A stretch of DNA of 64,000 nt from an uncultured Gemmatimonadales bacterium. GTDB lineage: Bacteria; Gemmatimonadota; Gemmatimonadetes; Gemmatimonadales; GWC2-71-9. Below are positions 17,008 to 26,371 of this stretch, piece by piece. The DNA is taken from the NCBI GenBank assembly GCA_963825065.1, contig CAWGRU010000016.1, positions 41,732 through 105,731 of the forward strand, read 5' to 3'. Made by a program: the position numbers and the translations under genes. Position 1 is the stretch's first letter. Each line of letters begins with the position of its first letter. The notes below the pieces were generated by a model. The model was not told the origin of the DNA, did not search any database, and saw nothing but the letters and a program-made list of their open reading frames with translations.

Positions 17008-19130
17008 CAGAACGGCTGCCCGAAGCTGAAGTGGTAGGTCAGCCGGCTCTTCCGCTTCTGCACGAAGTCGGTCTGCGCCAGCGACAGCGTGCCGTCCAGC
17101 CGCTGCAGGTAGAGCGCCCCCGGGGGCTGGTCGTAGCCGTTGTAGGCCACGTCAAATCGGGCGGGGCCGAGGGGAGTGTTGAGCCGGAGACCGACGCCCG
17201 GCGTCACCCGCACCCGGATCGGGGAGAGATTGGTCTTGCCCCGTTCGTAGAGGGTGCCGGCATCCACGAAGAGCGCGAGCCGCATGCGGTCGCCAAGCAG
17301 CGGGGCGGGCACCCGCAGCTCGAGCTGCCCCACGGCGAGAGTGTTGCCGCCGGTGGCCGAGAAGCGGGGGCGGATCCGGCCGTCGTTCACCTGCGCCAGG
17401 GTGGAGTCACCGGTGGAATCGCCCGAGATCGCGTTGACCACGTACACCACCGGCCCCAGCTCGTTGCGATCGTAGCCCCGCACATCATTCGGGCCGCCGG
17501 CGTAGAAACGCTGCTCCGGCGGGATGAAGTTGCCGCTGGCACTGTCGAGCGACACCAGGGGCGCGAAGATCAACCCCCCGCGCAAGTGCCAGCTCAACAC
17601 CGTGCCGCCGTTGCCGATCGTCCGGTACCAGGCGACGTCCCCGGCAAGCCGGGTGAAGGTCTGCAGCGGCGCGGACCCGGTGACCCGGGAGCTGTGACTC
17701 ACGTCGAAGGCGTAGAGGTGGCCGCGGCTGGGGTCGAGCGGATTGTTCTGCCGCGGCCAGCTGGCGCCCGCGGTAACGATGCCGAGCAGCCGCTTCTCCC
17801 GGAGCCGGACCGCGTCCTCCGGCGAGCAGGCGTTGAAGAAGGCGCAGAAGGTCGCGGCCGAGGCTTCGGTGGCGCCGAAGGAGAGCCGGTACGACAGCGT
17901 AATGGGGATCCGTCGCGCGGTCTCCCGGGTCAGCGCGAGGGTCACGCCGATGTCCTCGCGGCGGTAGATCTCGAACTCGCTCCGCCGCTCGGCGAAGAGA
18001 CTGAACGTCCCGGTGATGGTCGGGGTGAAGAAGCGCGGCTGCCGCACCGCGGCGGTGATGTTGTAATTCGCCTTCGAGGAGCCGATCGTATCTCCCCGCA
18101 GGCTCTTGCAGAGCGAGTTGTCCAGCCCGAAATCAAAGGGGCGACCGACGCCTACCTTGGAGACCCGGGCCGAGAGGTTGAACAGCCGTCCGGTGTTGAG
18201 CAGGTTGCGGTGGGTCCAACTGGCGCCACCGCGGAAGCAGTCGTTGGTCGCGAATCCGAGACTGGTCCCGATCCGGTGCGCCCGCCCCTCCGACACCAGG
18301 ACGGCCATCGGCACCACGCCGCTCTCGGGCTGGTATTCGGTGGAGTCGATGGTCACCGTCGCCAGCCGGAACAGTTCCGTCTGGTACAGCTTGCGCTGGC
18401 TCTGGAAGATGTCCTGCTCGGAAAAGCGCTGGCCGGGATGGGTGGCGAGGAGTTGGCGGATGAAGGTCGTGTCGACGTGCGTCGCCCCCGAGACCCGGAT
18501 CGGCCCGAAGACCGCCGACGGCCCGGGTACCACATCGAGCGACAGCGTCGCCGAACGGGCGCTACGGTCCACCGCATAGTTCCGGAAGACCTCGGGCCCC
18601 GGGTAGCCGCGGTTGCGCAGCCGGGTGATGATCGAGTCCGCGCTGGCCTGGAAGAGGAACCGGTTGAACGGCGCCCCTTCCCTGAGCGGCAGGTCGGCGA
18701 CCACGTCCTCGTGCTTGGCCACCGAATCGAGCCCGGTCACCTTGATGTCCCGCACCACGATGGGGGGGCCCTCCGTGATCCGGAACCGGAGGTGCACATC
18801 CCGTCCCGAATAGCGGACCAGGGTGTCGACCTTCACCTCCATGAACCCGCTCTGGCGGTAGAACAGCGTCAGGCGCAGCACGTCCCGCCGGAACTCGATC
18901 GGATCGAAGTAGCGCTTCTCCCCGAGACCGAGCCAGCGCACGTACCACTTGCGGGCAAACCAGCTCGAATTGGTCGTCCCGATCGCGATGCTGAGGCTGT
19001 AGTCGTCGATCGCGTGGTTGCCGTCAAACGACAGACTGCGGACCACTCGCGCCGAATCCTGCGCGGCCGCGGGAACCGCCACGACCGCCAGCGCGAGCGC
19101 CGCAATTCCAGCGGAAAGTCTCCGCGTCAC
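17007..19130 (-). CDS. BamA/TamA (Omp85) family outer-membrane protein
   Basis: Signal peptide, POTRA-like repeats, RFYAGG..VRGY motif, C-terminal aromatic residue (GQPF). Confidence 0.88.
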   Translation of the reverse strand: MTRRLSAGIAALALAVVAVPAAAQDSARVVRSLSFDGNHAIDDYSLSIAIGTTNSSWFARKWYVRWLGLGEKRYFDPIEFRRDVLRLTLFYRQSGFMEVKVDTLVRYSGRDVHLRFRITEGPPIVVRDIKVTGLDSVAKHEDVVADLPLREGAPFNRFLFQASADSIITRLRNRGYPGPEVFRNYAVDRSARSATLSLDVVPGPSAVFGPIRVSGATHVDTTFIRQLLATHPGQRFSEQDIFQSQRKLYQTELFRLATVTIDSTEYQPESGVVPMAVLVSEGRAHRIGTSLGFATNDCFRGGASWTHRNLLNTGRLFNLSARVSKVGVGRPFDFGLDNSLCKSLRGDTIGSSKANYNITAAVRQPRFFTPTITGTFSLFAERRSEFEIYRREDIGVTLALTRETARRIPITLSYRLSFGATEASAATFCAFFNACSPEDAVRLREKRLLGIVTAGASWPRQNNPLDPSRGHLYAFDVSHSSRVTGSAPLQTFTRLAGDVAWYRTIGNGGTVLSWHLRGGLIFAPLVSLDSASGNFIPPEQRFYAGGPNDVRGYDRNELGPVVYVVNAISGDSTGDSTLAQVNDGRIRPRFSATGGNTLAVGQLELRVPAPLLGDRMRLALFVDAGTLYERGKTNLSPIRVRVTPGVGLRLNTPLGPARFDVAYNGYDQPPGALYLQRLDGTLSLAQTDFVQKRKSRLTYHFSFGQPF

Positions 19131-19175
19131 AAAATCAGACAGGGGTGTCAGCTCGGCGCCGGCCAGAGAGCGTGA

Positions 19176-19204
19176 TTGACGACGTGGTCCAAGTGCTGTA
19201 GGAT
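19176..19204 (+). promoter_or_regulatory. Sigma70-type promoter of dacB
   Basis: TTGACG (19176-81), 17-nt spacer, TAGGAT (19199-204). Confidence 0.55.
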
Positions 19205-19228
19205 GGCGGGGTTACATCACATAGTCAA
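19200..19228 (-). promoter_or_regulatory. Possible sigma70-type promoter of the bamA-tamB operon, overlapping the dacB promoter
   Basis: Minus strand: TTGACT (19228-23), 17-nt spacer, CATCCT (19205-00). Confidence 0.4.
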
Positions 19229-19249
19229 CGTTGCCAAAGCGGGGTCTCC

Positions 19250-20764
19250 TTGCGTCGTTCGATTGTAGCCATTTCGGTTCTCTCCCTGCTGGCAAGTCCG
19301 CTCGGTGCCCAGCTCCCCAGAGCGGCGACTCGGCAGCTCGATTCTCTGCTCGACGCCCCGCCGTTCAATCGCAATCTGTGGGGCGTGGCCCTGGTTGACG
19401 AGAAGGGCCGGCTGCTGTACGGCCGCAACGCCGACAAGCTGTTCATCCCCGCAAGCAACACGAAGCTGGTCGTTACCACCGTGGCGGCGGCGCTCCTTCC
19501 GCCCGACTGGAGCGTGGAGACCGGTGTCTACACCGCCGCCCCGGTGACCGATGGCGTGGTGCAGGGCGATCTGGTCCTGTACGGCCGGGGCGATCCGACG
19601 ATGGGACGCCGCTGCTTCGCCACCGACACCACGCTCGCCGGCGTCTGCGATCGCGATCCCTTCGCCCGGCTGGCTCAGCTGGCCGAGAGCCTGAAAACCC
19701 GCGGCATTCGGGTGATTCAGGGGGATCTCGTGGGTGACGGGAGCTGGTTCGATGGCGAGTTGATCCACCCCGACTGGGGCAGCTACGACCTCAACTGGTG
19801 GTATGCCGCGCCGGTGAGCGGGCTCGGCTTCAACGACAACAGCGTCGACATCACCTGGCGCCCCGGTCCCGCGGAAGGCACGCCCGCCGCGCTCACCATG
19901 GACCCCAACCTGGGCGACGTCGCCCTGGAAAACCGGACCCGGACGGTCGGCCCCGGCGGCGAGAGCGATATCGGGGACCGCATGTACCGCGAACCCGGCA
20001 CGCTTCAACTCTGGGCCGAGGGGACGGTCGCCCTCGACGGCCGGGGCGGAGTCGAGTACTTCGCGCTCCCGGACCCGAATCTGTACACCGCGCGCGCCTT
20101 CCGGCATGCTCTGGCGGAGGCGGGAATCAGCGTCCTGGGCACCACCCGCAGCACCTCGGATTCGACCAAGTACGCCGCGGCCCGGCAGACGCCGCCGCTC
20201 GCGGAAACCGCGAGCCGGCCGCTGCGCGACTGGATCTTTCCCATTCTGAACAGCAGTCAGAACTGGTACGCCGACATGCTCGTCAAGCAGCTGGGGCGGC
20301 AGTTCGGGAAGGGGGGAAGCTGGAGCGAAGGCATCGCCGTGGAGCGGCGCTTCCTGGTGGACTCCGCCGGCATCGACTCGACGCTCTTCGAGGTGACCGA
20401 CGGATCCGGACTGTCAGCCGCGAACCTGGTGGCCCCGCTGGCATTCACCGGCATGATCCGCTACATCCGGCGGCACCCGCACTTCGCCCAGAACTTCCTG
20501 CCCGGGCTCCCTCAGTCCGGCAGCCCCGGTTCGCTCAAGCACCGCTTCGTGGGGACGCCGCTCGAGGGCCGGGTGCACGCCAAGACCGGCAGCATCTCGC
20601 GGGTGAACACCCTGTCGGGCTACTTCGAGCTGGCCGATGGCCGGAGCTACACCTTCTCGGTGATGGCGAACCATCACACCCAGGGCGGCCGACGCATGCT
20701 GGCGGAGATCGACAGCATCGTGGTCGCGATGGCGGCGGCGGCCAGTAAGCAGAAGAAGAACTGA
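19250..20764 (+). CDS. dacB: D-alanyl-D-alanine carboxypeptidase/endopeptidase (PBP4, S13)
   Basis: PASNTK (SxxK), SQN (SxN), AKTGS (KTG), signal peptide. Confidence 0.92.
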   Translation: MRRSIVAISVLSLLASPLGAQLPRAATRQLDSLLDAPPFNRNLWGVALVDEKGRLLYGRNADKLFIPASNTKLVVTTVAAALLPPDWSVETGVYTAAPVTDGVVQGDLVLYGRGDPTMGRRCFATDTTLAGVCDRDPFARLAQLAESLKTRGIRVIQGDLVGDGSWFDGELIHPDWGSYDLNWWYAAPVSGLGFNDNSVDITWRPGPAEGTPAALTMDPNLGDVALENRTRTVGPGGESDIGDRMYREPGTLQLWAEGTVALDGRGGVEYFALPDPNLYTARAFRHALAEAGISVLGTTRSTSDSTKYAAARQTPPLAETASRPLRDWIFPILNSSQNWYADMLVKQLGRQFGKGGSWSEGIAVERRFLVDSAGIDSTLFEVTDGSGLSAANLVAPLAFTGMIRYIRRHPHFAQNFLPGLPQSGSPGSLKHRFVGTPLEGRVHAKTGSISRVNTLSGYFELADGRSYTFSVMANHHTQGGRRMLAEIDSIVVAMAAAASKQKKN

Positions 20765-20772
20765 GGCATCCC

Positions 20773-21258
20773 GTGCTGCTGCTCCTGATCCGTCATGCCG
20801 ATGCTGGCGACGCCGATGCCCGCCTGTGGCCCGACGACAGCCTCCGGCCGCTCACCGACAAGGGGCGGAAGCGGCATCGGAAGGTCGCCAGGCGCCTCGA
20901 GCGCCATGGGCTCACCCCCACCCTGCTGCTGGCGAGTCCGTGGTTGCGTGCCTGGCAGACGGCGCTCCTCACCGCGGAGGTGGCCGGCGGGCCCGCGCCG
21001 GTCGCCTGTCCTGCGCTGGCCAAGGCGCCCAACCTGCGCCCGCTCGCGGCGGCGCTCGGGCGGCCGGCGGAGGATGCCGTGGTGGCGCTGGTCGGGCATG
21101 AGCCGTGGATGGGACAGCTCGCTTCGCTCCTGCTCACTGGCGATGCCAGGCGTCTGAACATCCGCTTCGCCAAAAGCGGAGTGCTCGGCCTCGAGGCCGA
21201 CACCCTCGCCGCCGGCGCCGGCGTGCTGGACTTCCTCTGGCGCCCGAAGGGGAGCTAG
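20773..21258 (+). CDS. sixA: Phosphohistidine phosphatase SixA
   Basis: LIRHADA, RPLT..G, ASP..RA.QTA, LVGHEP motifs. Confidence 0.85.
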   Translation: MLLLLIRHADAGDADARLWPDDSLRPLTDKGRKRHRKVARRLERHGLTPTLLLASPWLRAWQTALLTAEVAGGPAPVACPALAKAPNLRPLAAALGRPAEDAVVALVGHEPWMGQLASLLLTGDARRLNIRFAKSGVLGLEADTLAAGAGVLDFLWRPKGS

Positions 21259-21320
21259 CCCATCCCGGTTCGGCGTCTCCCGCTGACTGCCGACTGCGCA
21301 CGGCTATATTGGGGGGCCCC

Positions 21321-22694
21321 ATGACTCCTCCCACGCTCCGCGTAGCGGTCATCGGCTCCGGCCCGTCGGGATTCTACGCTGCCGAACACCTGCTGAGGCA
21401 GTCACCGGGGATCGAGATCGATCTCTTCGACCGGTTGCCCACGCCCTTCGGGCTGGTCCGCGGCGGGGTCGCGCCGGACCATCAGAAGATCAAGTCGGTG
21501 ACCCGGGTCTACGAAAAGATCGCCGCCAATCCGAGGGTGCGCTTCTTCGGCAATGTGACTGCCGGGACCGACCTGCATCACGACGACATGCTCCGGCACT
21601 ACCACGCCGTGATCTACGCCGTCGGCGCCCAGAGCGACCGCGCCCTCGGCGTGCCGGGCGAGCAGCTCTCCGGCAGTCATGCGGCGACCGAGTTCGTCGG
21701 CTGGTACAACGGACATCCCGATTATCGCGACCACCACTTCGATCTCAACCGCACCAGCGCCGCGGTGATCGGCATGGGCAACGTGGCCATCGACGTGGTG
21801 CGCATCCTGGCGCGGACCCCGGAGGAGCTCTACGGTACCGATATCGCCGGCCATGCCCTGGAGGCGCTGCGCTACAGCCGGGTGCGGGACATCTACATGA
21901 TCGGGCGCCGCGGGCCGGTGCAGGCCGCCTTCACCAATCCGGAGCTCAAGGAGCTGGCAGAACTCGCGGGGGCAGACGTGGGTGTCCGGCCGGAGGAACT
22001 GGCGCTCGACCCGGCCAGCGCCGCAACGCTTGCCACCGGCGACGACAAGACGGCGAAGAAGAACCTCGAGACGCTTCGCGCGCTCGCCGCCAAGCCGAAG
22101 CGCGGCAAGGCGAAGACCGTCCACATCCGCTTCCTCCGCTCCCCGCTGGAACTGGGAGGTGACGGGCGGGTCGAGCGCATCGTCCTGGGGCGCAACCGGC
22201 TGGTGGCCGGGCCGAGCGGGGACGTCAAGGCCGAGGCCACCGACGAAACGGAGACGCTGGCCGTCGGACTGGTGTTCCGTTCGGTGGGTTACCTCGGCAC
22301 CGGCGTGCCCGGCGTGCCGTGCGACGCCCGCCGCGGGGTGATTCCGAACGAGAAGGGCCGAGTCCTCTCGGCGCCGGGGACGATCCTGCGGGGCACCTAC
22401 GCGGTCGGCTGGATCAAGCGGGGCCCGAGCGGCGTGATCGGCACCAACAAGCCCGATGCCGTCGAGAGCGCCGACCTGCTGCTGGAGGACGCGGCCGCCG
22501 GTGCGCTCAACGTGCCATCGGCGCCGTCGCGCGAAGCGGTCGAGGAGTTGCTCGCCAGCCGTGGGGTGCAGGTGGTCACCTGGACGGACTGGCAGCGGCT
22601 CGACCAACTGGAGAAGGCTCGCGGCTCGGCGCAGGGCCGGCCCCGGCTCAAGTTCACGCGGGTCGAGGAGATGCTGGCAGCGCTCAAGGCTTGA
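21321..22694 (+). CDS. Ferredoxin/adrenodoxin-NADP+ reductase (FprA-like)
   Basis: GSGPSG, PFGLVRGGVAPDH, GMGNVA, GRRGP, GWIKRGPSGVIGTN. Confidence 0.88.
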   Translation: MTPPTLRVAVIGSGPSGFYAAEHLLRQSPGIEIDLFDRLPTPFGLVRGGVAPDHQKIKSVTRVYEKIAANPRVRFFGNVTAGTDLHHDDMLRHYHAVIYAVGAQSDRALGVPGEQLSGSHAATEFVGWYNGHPDYRDHHFDLNRTSAAVIGMGNVAIDVVRILARTPEELYGTDIAGHALEALRYSRVRDIYMIGRRGPVQAAFTNPELKELAELAGADVGVRPEELALDPASAATLATGDDKTAKKNLETLRALAAKPKRGKAKTVHIRFLRSPLELGGDGRVERIVLGRNRLVAGPSGDVKAEATDETETLAVGLVFRSVGYLGTGVPGVPCDARRGVIPNEKGRVLSAPGTILRGTYAVGWIKRGPSGVIGTNKPDAVESADLLLEDAAAGALNVPSAPSREAVEELLASRGVQVVTWTDWQRLDQLEKARGSAQGRPRLKFTRVEEMLAALKA

Positions 22695-22719
22695 CGCACG
22701 ACTCCCCCACGAGGCGGTG

Positions 22720-23832
22720 ATGCGCACGCTCTACTCCACGACGGCCGCGGTGCTCCTCGCCGGACTCCTCGGTTGCGCCGCCATCGGCGGCGTCATCGAC
22801 GACCTCGCCACCGAGCGGCCACCCGGCCCGCTCGATGCGGCTACCGTCGCCAGCGACGCGCGCCTCGATTCGCTGGGTCGGGTGGCGGGCAGCTTCGTGG
22901 GCGAAGGCACCCGCCGGGAGGTCCATCTGCTCTCCACCGACACGGCGCTCATCGCGGATCTGGCCCGGCGCTACCGCCCCGCGCGTGATCGCCGGGGCGA
23001 CATCTGGCAGTGGCTGGCAACCAGACGCAGCTTCGTCGTCGACACGCCGGAACGGGTCCTCGGTGCACCTGGTCCTCAGCAGGGGATACTGGTCGGATCG
23101 CCCGACGGGCATACACCGGTCCGCCTGCGGTCGATCGTGCTGCACGGCTCTTCCTGCGGGTGGCGGGGCAGCCAGGCCGAATTCATCGTGGAACAGGTCA
23201 GCCGGGACGGACCGTGGCTCCGCGGCCCGGTTGTCGGCGCGTTCTTCGCACCCGAGGACTGGCTCAGCAGGACCGATAGTCATTACCGCGAAGCGGTGAC
23301 TGCGCCATCCGCGGCGCTCACCGACAGCCTGCTCGCGTGGACGTCCCGGGCGATGGACTCGCTCCTGGTGCGGGGCCTGCCGGCGCGCGATCGTCCCCTC
23401 ACCCACGTCGAGGGCGTACCGCACCTGCTCAACGGCCTCGGCGACGAGAACGCGGCCGATGTCCTCGCCTTCCGGCTCGATGATGGGCGGGTGCGCTACG
23501 CCGTCTCCCTGCGCGAGGGTCTGCGGACCGGGCGCGGGCAGGACGTGCAGGGGGCGATCGTCATGGTGTGGGATGCGTCCGGAAGCTGGCGGCAGGTGAT
23601 CTTCCGGCCCACCCTGCTCGAGTACCGCCGCAACCGGCTCGCTCGCGCCCACGGCGGGCTCACCCCGCCGCTGTTCTGGCGCCGGCTGGCGGCGGTGAGC
23701 GGCTTCGCGTTCGATCGCGACTATCTCTGGATGGAGCAGGTGAATGTCGAGGACGGCACCATCCTCTGGGTGATCCTCGAACCGCGCAGCAACACGGTCG
23801 TCGCGGCAGCCGAAATGGATGGACCATGCTGA
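22720..23832 (+). CDS. Hypothetical lipoprotein
   Basis: MRTLYSTTAAVLLAGLLG-C lipobox. Coupled to the downstream GNAT gene. Confidence 0.72.
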   Translation: MRTLYSTTAAVLLAGLLGCAAIGGVIDDLATERPPGPLDAATVASDARLDSLGRVAGSFVGEGTRREVHLLSTDTALIADLARRYRPARDRRGDIWQWLATRRSFVVDTPERVLGAPGPQQGILVGSPDGHTPVRLRSIVLHGSSCGWRGSQAEFIVEQVSRDGPWLRGPVVGAFFAPEDWLSRTDSHYREAVTAPSAALTDSLLAWTSRAMDSLLVRGLPARDRPLTHVEGVPHLLNGLGDENAADVLAFRLDDGRVRYAVSLREGLRTGRGQDVQGAIVMVWDASGSWRQVIFRPTLLEYRRNRLARAHGGLTPPLFWRRLAAVSGFAFDRDYLWMEQVNVEDGTILWVILEPRSNTVVAAAEMDGPC

Positions 23833-24350
23833 CACTCGCGACGCCCCGCCTCGAGCTCGTGCCCTTCGCGCCCGACGCGATCGACGCGCTCCTTGCCGGG
23901 AATGAACCAGGCCTCCGGTCGATCACCGGACTCAGCTTCCCGACGCCGCTGCGCCCCCCGCCGCTCATGGAGGAGGTGCTGCCGCTGGTCCGCGACCGGC
24001 TGCGCGCCGCTCCCGCCAGCGAAGGGTGGTGGCTCTGGCTGACCGTCGACCGGGCCACCTCGCAGGTGACCGGAGCGATCGGTTTCGGTGGCCCGCCGGA
24101 CGCGGAGGGGGCGGTGATGATCGGCTACGCCACCTACCCCGGCGCGGCACATCGCGGGTTCGCTACTGAAGCCACGGCGGCGCTGGTCACCTGGGCGCTG
24201 GCGCAACCCGGGGTGGTCCGGGTCTGCGCCAGCATCCCGCCGGACAACATCGCGGCGCGACGGGTGGCCGAGAAGGTCGGCATGCGGGTAGCCGGGACGG
24301 TCTGGGAGGAAGAGATCGACGACGTGCTGCTCTACGAGAAGCGGCGCTGA
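23826..24350 (+). CDS. GNAT family N-acetyltransferase (RimJ/RimL-like)
   Basis: TPRLELVP, IGY, HRGFATEA, N.AARRVAEKVG motifs. Confidence 0.87.
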   Translation: MLTLATPRLELVPFAPDAIDALLAGNEPGLRSITGLSFPTPLRPPPLMEEVLPLVRDRLRAAPASEGWWLWLTVDRATSQVTGAIGFGGPPDAEGAVMIGYATYPGAAHRGFATEATAALVTWALAQPGVVRVCASIPPDNIAARRVAEKVGMRVAGTVWEEEIDDVLLYEKRR

Positions 24351-24403
24351 CGGCGAGACCCGCTCCCGGAGCGCGGCGGGCGATCCGCGCTTACCTTTTT
24401 CAC

Positions 24404-24949
24404 ATGAAGATCTACACCAAGACCGGCGATGCCGGCGAGACGGGTCTGTTCGGCGGCGGGCGGGTACCCAAGGATCATTGCCGGGTCCAGGCCTACGGCG
24501 ACGTCGACGAGCTCAACTCCGCCCTGGGAATCGCGCGCGCGACCCAGCCGGTAGCCTTCTTCGACGACCTGCTCGAGACGATCCAGCGTGACCTCTTCGC
24601 GCTGGGCGGACAGCTCGCCACTCCCGATCCCGAGAAGGTTCGCAAGGCCCTCGAGAAGGCGGAACTCACCCCCGCGCGCATCGAGATCTTCGAGCGAGTC
24701 ATGGATGAGGCGGACGCAGAACTCCCGGAGCTCACCGCCTTCGTCCTCCCGGCCGGAACGCCCAAGGCTGCCGCACTGCACCTCGCCCGGACGGTGTGCC
24801 GGCGCGCCGAGCGCAACGTGGTCAGGCTCTCCCATGAGGCCGAAGTCGCCGACCTCTTCGTGATCTATCTCAATCGGCTCTCCGACCTGCTCTTCACCCT
24901 CGCGCGCCTCGCCAACCACCGCGACGGTGCGGGCGACGTGACCTGGTAA
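24404..24949 (+). CDS. pduO: ATP:cob(I)alamin adenosyltransferase, PduO type
   Basis: IYTKTGDAGET, YGDVDELNS, FVLPAG, RTVCRRAER, YLNRLSDLLF. Confidence 0.93.
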   Translation: MKIYTKTGDAGETGLFGGGRVPKDHCRVQAYGDVDELNSALGIARATQPVAFFDDLLETIQRDLFALGGQLATPDPEKVRKALEKAELTPARIEIFERVMDEADAELPELTAFVLPAGTPKAAALHLARTVCRRAERNVVRLSHEAEVADLFVIYLNRLSDLLFTLARLANHRDGAGDVTW

Positions 24950-26082
24950 TGGCCCTCATCCCGGTCCGCCATGCCCTGGGTCGATACGATGTCCACGTCG
25001 AGCCCGGGATCCTGCTCTCGCTCCCCGAGCTGCTCGGCACGACACTCGGCAAGCGGAAGCTGGTGCTGATCACCGATGACCTCGTCGGCCGCTACTACGA
25101 CGAGTGGACGCGAGCCACCGCCGAGGCGCGCGGCCTCGGGGCCCGCTCCAGCGATGCCGGCATCCGGCTCCGCTGTCATGCGCGGCTGACCTTTCCCGCC
25201 GGCGAGGAGAGCAAGTCGCGCGAGACCTGGATGCGACTCACCGACGAGATGCTGCTGCAGGGCCTCGACCGGGACACTGCAGTCGTGGCCCTCGGCGGCG
25301 GCGTGGTCGGCGACCTTGCGGGGTTTGTCGCGGCGACCTTCCTCCGTGGCGTCCCCTACGCCCAGGTTCCGACCACGCTCCTTGCGATGCTGGATGCTTC
25401 GGTCGGCGGCAAGGTCGGCGTCGACACCCCGCTCGGCAAGAATCTGGTCGGCGCATTCCATCCGCCCGCCATCGTGGTCGCGGATCCGCTCACGCTGCTC
25501 TCGCTGCCCGACCGCGTCTACCGCTCCGGCCTGGCCGAGGCGATCAAGCATGGCCTGATCGCGGACGCCGGCTATTTCGAATGGATCGAGAGCAACACCC
25601 GCAAGCTGCTGGCCCGGGATCTCGACAGCCTCACCCATCTGGTGCAGCGAAGCGTCGAGATCAAGGCGAAGGTCGTCGGCCAGGACGAGCGCGAGGGCGG
25701 ACTCCGCGCCATCCTGAATGCCGGACATACCGTCGCCCACGGCCTCGAGCAGGAGTCCCACTATCATCTCGCGCACGGCGAGGCGGTCGGGCTCGGCCTG
25801 ATCGCGGAGAGCCGGATCGCCGAACGTCTCGGCCTCGCCCCGCACGGGCTCGCCGATCGGGTGCTCGCGCTGCTGCGCGCACTCGGACTCCCGGTACGAA
25901 GCGGCCCGTCGATCCAGGTCGCCCAGGTTCTCGAGGCCATGCAGCTCGACAAGAAGAACCGCGAGGGCGAGATCCGACTGGCCCTGCCCACCGGGCTCGG
26001 CGCCATGCACCGCGGCGAGGGGCGGTGGACGGTCCCCGTCAGCCACGACGTGCTGGCCTCCGCGGTGGTGGGGCTCGCCTGA
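24949..26082 (+). CDS. aroB: 3-dehydroquinate synthase
   Basis: GEESKS, GGGVVGDLAGF, PTTLLAMLDASVGGK, GKNLVG, LNAGHTVAH, HGEAV. Confidence 0.93.
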   Translation: MALIPVRHALGRYDVHVEPGILLSLPELLGTTLGKRKLVLITDDLVGRYYDEWTRATAEARGLGARSSDAGIRLRCHARLTFPAGEESKSRETWMRLTDEMLLQGLDRDTAVVALGGGVVGDLAGFVAATFLRGVPYAQVPTTLLAMLDASVGGKVGVDTPLGKNLVGAFHPPAIVVADPLTLLSLPDRVYRSGLAEAIKHGLIADAGYFEWIESNTRKLLARDLDSLTHLVQRSVEIKAKVVGQDEREGGLRAILNAGHTVAHGLEQESHYHLAHGEAVGLGLIAESRIAERLGLAPHGLADRVLALLRALGLPVRSGPSIQVAQVLEAMQLDKKNREGEIRLALPTGLGAMHRGEGRWTVPVSHDVLASAVVGLA

Positions 26083-26264
26083 TCCCCTCGTCCAGAGGGT
26101 TTTCCGGCCGAATTCCTCCTATGAACAGGATGTAAACGTATACTGGACGGTCGCTTAGGATACACCTTCCAGAAGGTAGAGAGCCCTCGACCCGGTCCGT
26201 CGCGTGGACAAACGCCGCAAAGGGATGTGAATGAATGATTTGTGATGTGGAAAGTATTTTCTGC

Positions 26265-26293
26265 TTGACCGGTTTTTTGTCGCGTCCTATATT
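26265..26293 (+). promoter_or_regulatory. Sigma70-type promoter upstream of the sigma factor gene
   Basis: TTGACC (26265-70), 17-nt spacer, TATATT (26288-93), within an AT-rich intergenic region. Confidence 0.65.
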
Positions 26294-26371
26294 CGCACAC
26301 CTCTCGGCGGTCACCTCCTGCACGACCGCTCCTCATCAGACAACCAGTTGGGCAAGCCTCGCGGAGCATTC

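Noticed and set aside
13180-19175. Very long plus-strand ORFs (1285 aa, 714 aa) opposite tamB and bamA
   Set aside because: These are antisense shadow frames typical of high-GC DNA. They have no motifs, and the minus-strand genes are clearly real. The same applies to most other short ORF-track entries.
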